Shown here: positions 31,283 through 32,000 of the stretch, one piece after another
Position numbering within the stretch: the first letter of the stretch is position 1
Layout: each line of letters opens with the position of its first letter
Assembly (NCBI GenBank): GCA_015062685.1
Contig: SUUE01000002.1
Location: 129,692 to 161,691 of the forward strand
Origin: Coriobacteriaceae bacterium
Lineage (GTDB): Bacteria; Actinomycetota; Coriobacteriia; Coriobacteriales; Eggerthellaceae
Length of the DNA stretch: 32,000 bases
Direction: 5' to 3'
Notes under the pieces: generated by a model
Seen by the model: the letters and a program-made list of their open reading frames with translations, nothing else
What the model was told of the DNA's origin: nothing
Database searches by the model: none
Made by a program: the position numbers and the translations under genes

Positions 31283-31879
31283 CTACGCCTCCTGGCTCAA
31301 GCGCGCGGCTTTACGGTTACGGCGCGCCTTGTTCTCATGCTTTTCCATGATGCGCGACACGGCCATGACCGTGAGGGATGTTGCCAAGAACACGATTACG
31401 GTCGTAACGACGCACACGAGGGCGAACTTGAGCGCCGCCTCCTGGAGGAGCGAGAAGCAGCCCATAATGCCCACGCCTGCGGGTATGAAGAAGATGGACA
31501 TGTTGTCCACCATGTAGTCGCATGCCTCGCCCACGTGCTTGGCCTTCAGGAGCCCCGTTGCGAGCAAAACGAGCAGCAGGGCCATGCCGACGATATTGCC
31601 CGGAATGGTTATGGGCAGGAAGTTCGCTATGAGGCAACCGACGCCGTAAACCGCGATGAGGATGACGAGCTGCAGCGCGATGATGCCCGCGCGCTTCAGC
31701 TTATCTGCGATGCGGCGCTCTGGTTCGGTTGCGGGGTCTGGACTGGTCGAAGGGGTTTGAGAAGCTGACGAGGCCCCGGTTTCCCGAGGCCCCTCGTTCG
31801 TTACTTGAAACATGCTTTTTGACGCGCTCGATTCTGCTTTGCTTGTCGTTCGTTTATCTAACGTCGCGGCACTATACAC
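31283..31879 (-). CDS. lrgA: LrgA/CidA family holin-like membrane protein (start uncertain: GTG 31879 or ATG 31813)
   Basis: The C-terminal ~135 aa has the four-TM LrgA pattern (IALQLVILIAVYGVGCLIANFLPITIPGNIVGMALLLVLL......FFIPAGVGIM). It is preceded by a 35-60 aa S/T/P/E-rich segment. Neither candidate start has a good SD. Confidence 0.8.
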   Translation of the reverse strand: MYSAATLDKRTTSKAESSASKSMFQVTNEGPRETGASSASQTPSTSPDPATEPERRIADKLKRAGIIALQLVILIAVYGVGCLIANFLPITIPGNIVGMALLLVLLATGLLKAKHVGEACDYMVDNMSIFFIPAGVGIMGCFSLLQEAALKFALVCVVTTVIVFLATSLTVMAVSRIMEKHENKARRNRKAARLSQEA

Positions 31880-31895
31880 CTACCGGGCGCCCGCT

Positions 31896-31947
31896 TCGCA
31901 ATTTCAACGTTTCATCACGTAGATACATCAGAGCGTTCAAATTGCGA
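31896..31947. promoter_or_regulatory. 14-bp inverted repeat upstream of lrgAB (candidate operator)
   Basis: TCGCAATTTCAACG (31896-31909) pairs with CGTTCAAATTGCGA (31934-31947) at 13 of 14 positions, with a 24-bp spacer. It lies 17-70 nt upstream of the longest lrgA ORF. Confidence 0.35.
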
Positions 31948-32000
31948 GCAGAGAATCTTCCGAATCGACGCAGAGCTCAACAAAAACAGCGGGCGGGCGA

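Noticed and set aside
31981-32000. Window-end sequence aaaaacagcgggcgg resembling the outer end of the 7836-8033 palindrome arm (aaaaagcgggcgg)
   Set aside because: Only ~13 nt are similar, and the preceding sequence does not match the arm. This is not evidence for a second copy.

Overview
Visibly GC-rich bacterial chromosomal segment with G/C-dominated third codon positions and many spurious antisense ORFs. Gene content and synteny look like Actinomycetota, possibly class Coriobacteriia, but that is inference only. It is densely packed and mostly minus-strand. In order it contains rplS (partial), trmFO-xerC, a membrane-anchored coiled-coil hypothetical, azlCD, mtnA, cysK-mnmA, ppdK, tal-rho, serA, ilvBN, engB, rnhA, two tandem coiled-coil NlpC/P60 hydrolases, metG and a Gln-rich sppA. 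After these comes an accessory-looking block: response regulator -> metA -> histidine kinase -> DUF4956 membrane protein on the minus strand, divergent from a VTC (polyphosphate-polymerase-like, triphosphate-tunnel) domain gene. lrgAB follows. I saw no rRNA, tRNA, CRISPR array, transposase, phage gene or recognisable defence system. My best candidate for an undescribed system is the VTC / DUF4956 pair wired to a two-component system whose operon is interrupted by metA. A pho-box-like 7-4-7 direct repeat sits where the -35 element of the VTC gene would be. Other points worth a second look are: a ~200-bp composite palindrome between the convergent mnmA and ppdK; an N/Q/R-rich N-terminal extension on Rho, and rho abutting tal with no spacer; a ~210-aa Gln/Ala-rich cytoplasmic domain on SppA with a 9-bp tandem repeat; a probable ATT start codon; a leaderless azlC behind a near-consensus promoter; mirrored divergent extended -10 promoters between ilvB and engB; and a MetRS with a degenerate KMSKS loop. 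All start-codon refinements come from reading Shine-Dalgarno context by eye. No database search was possible.
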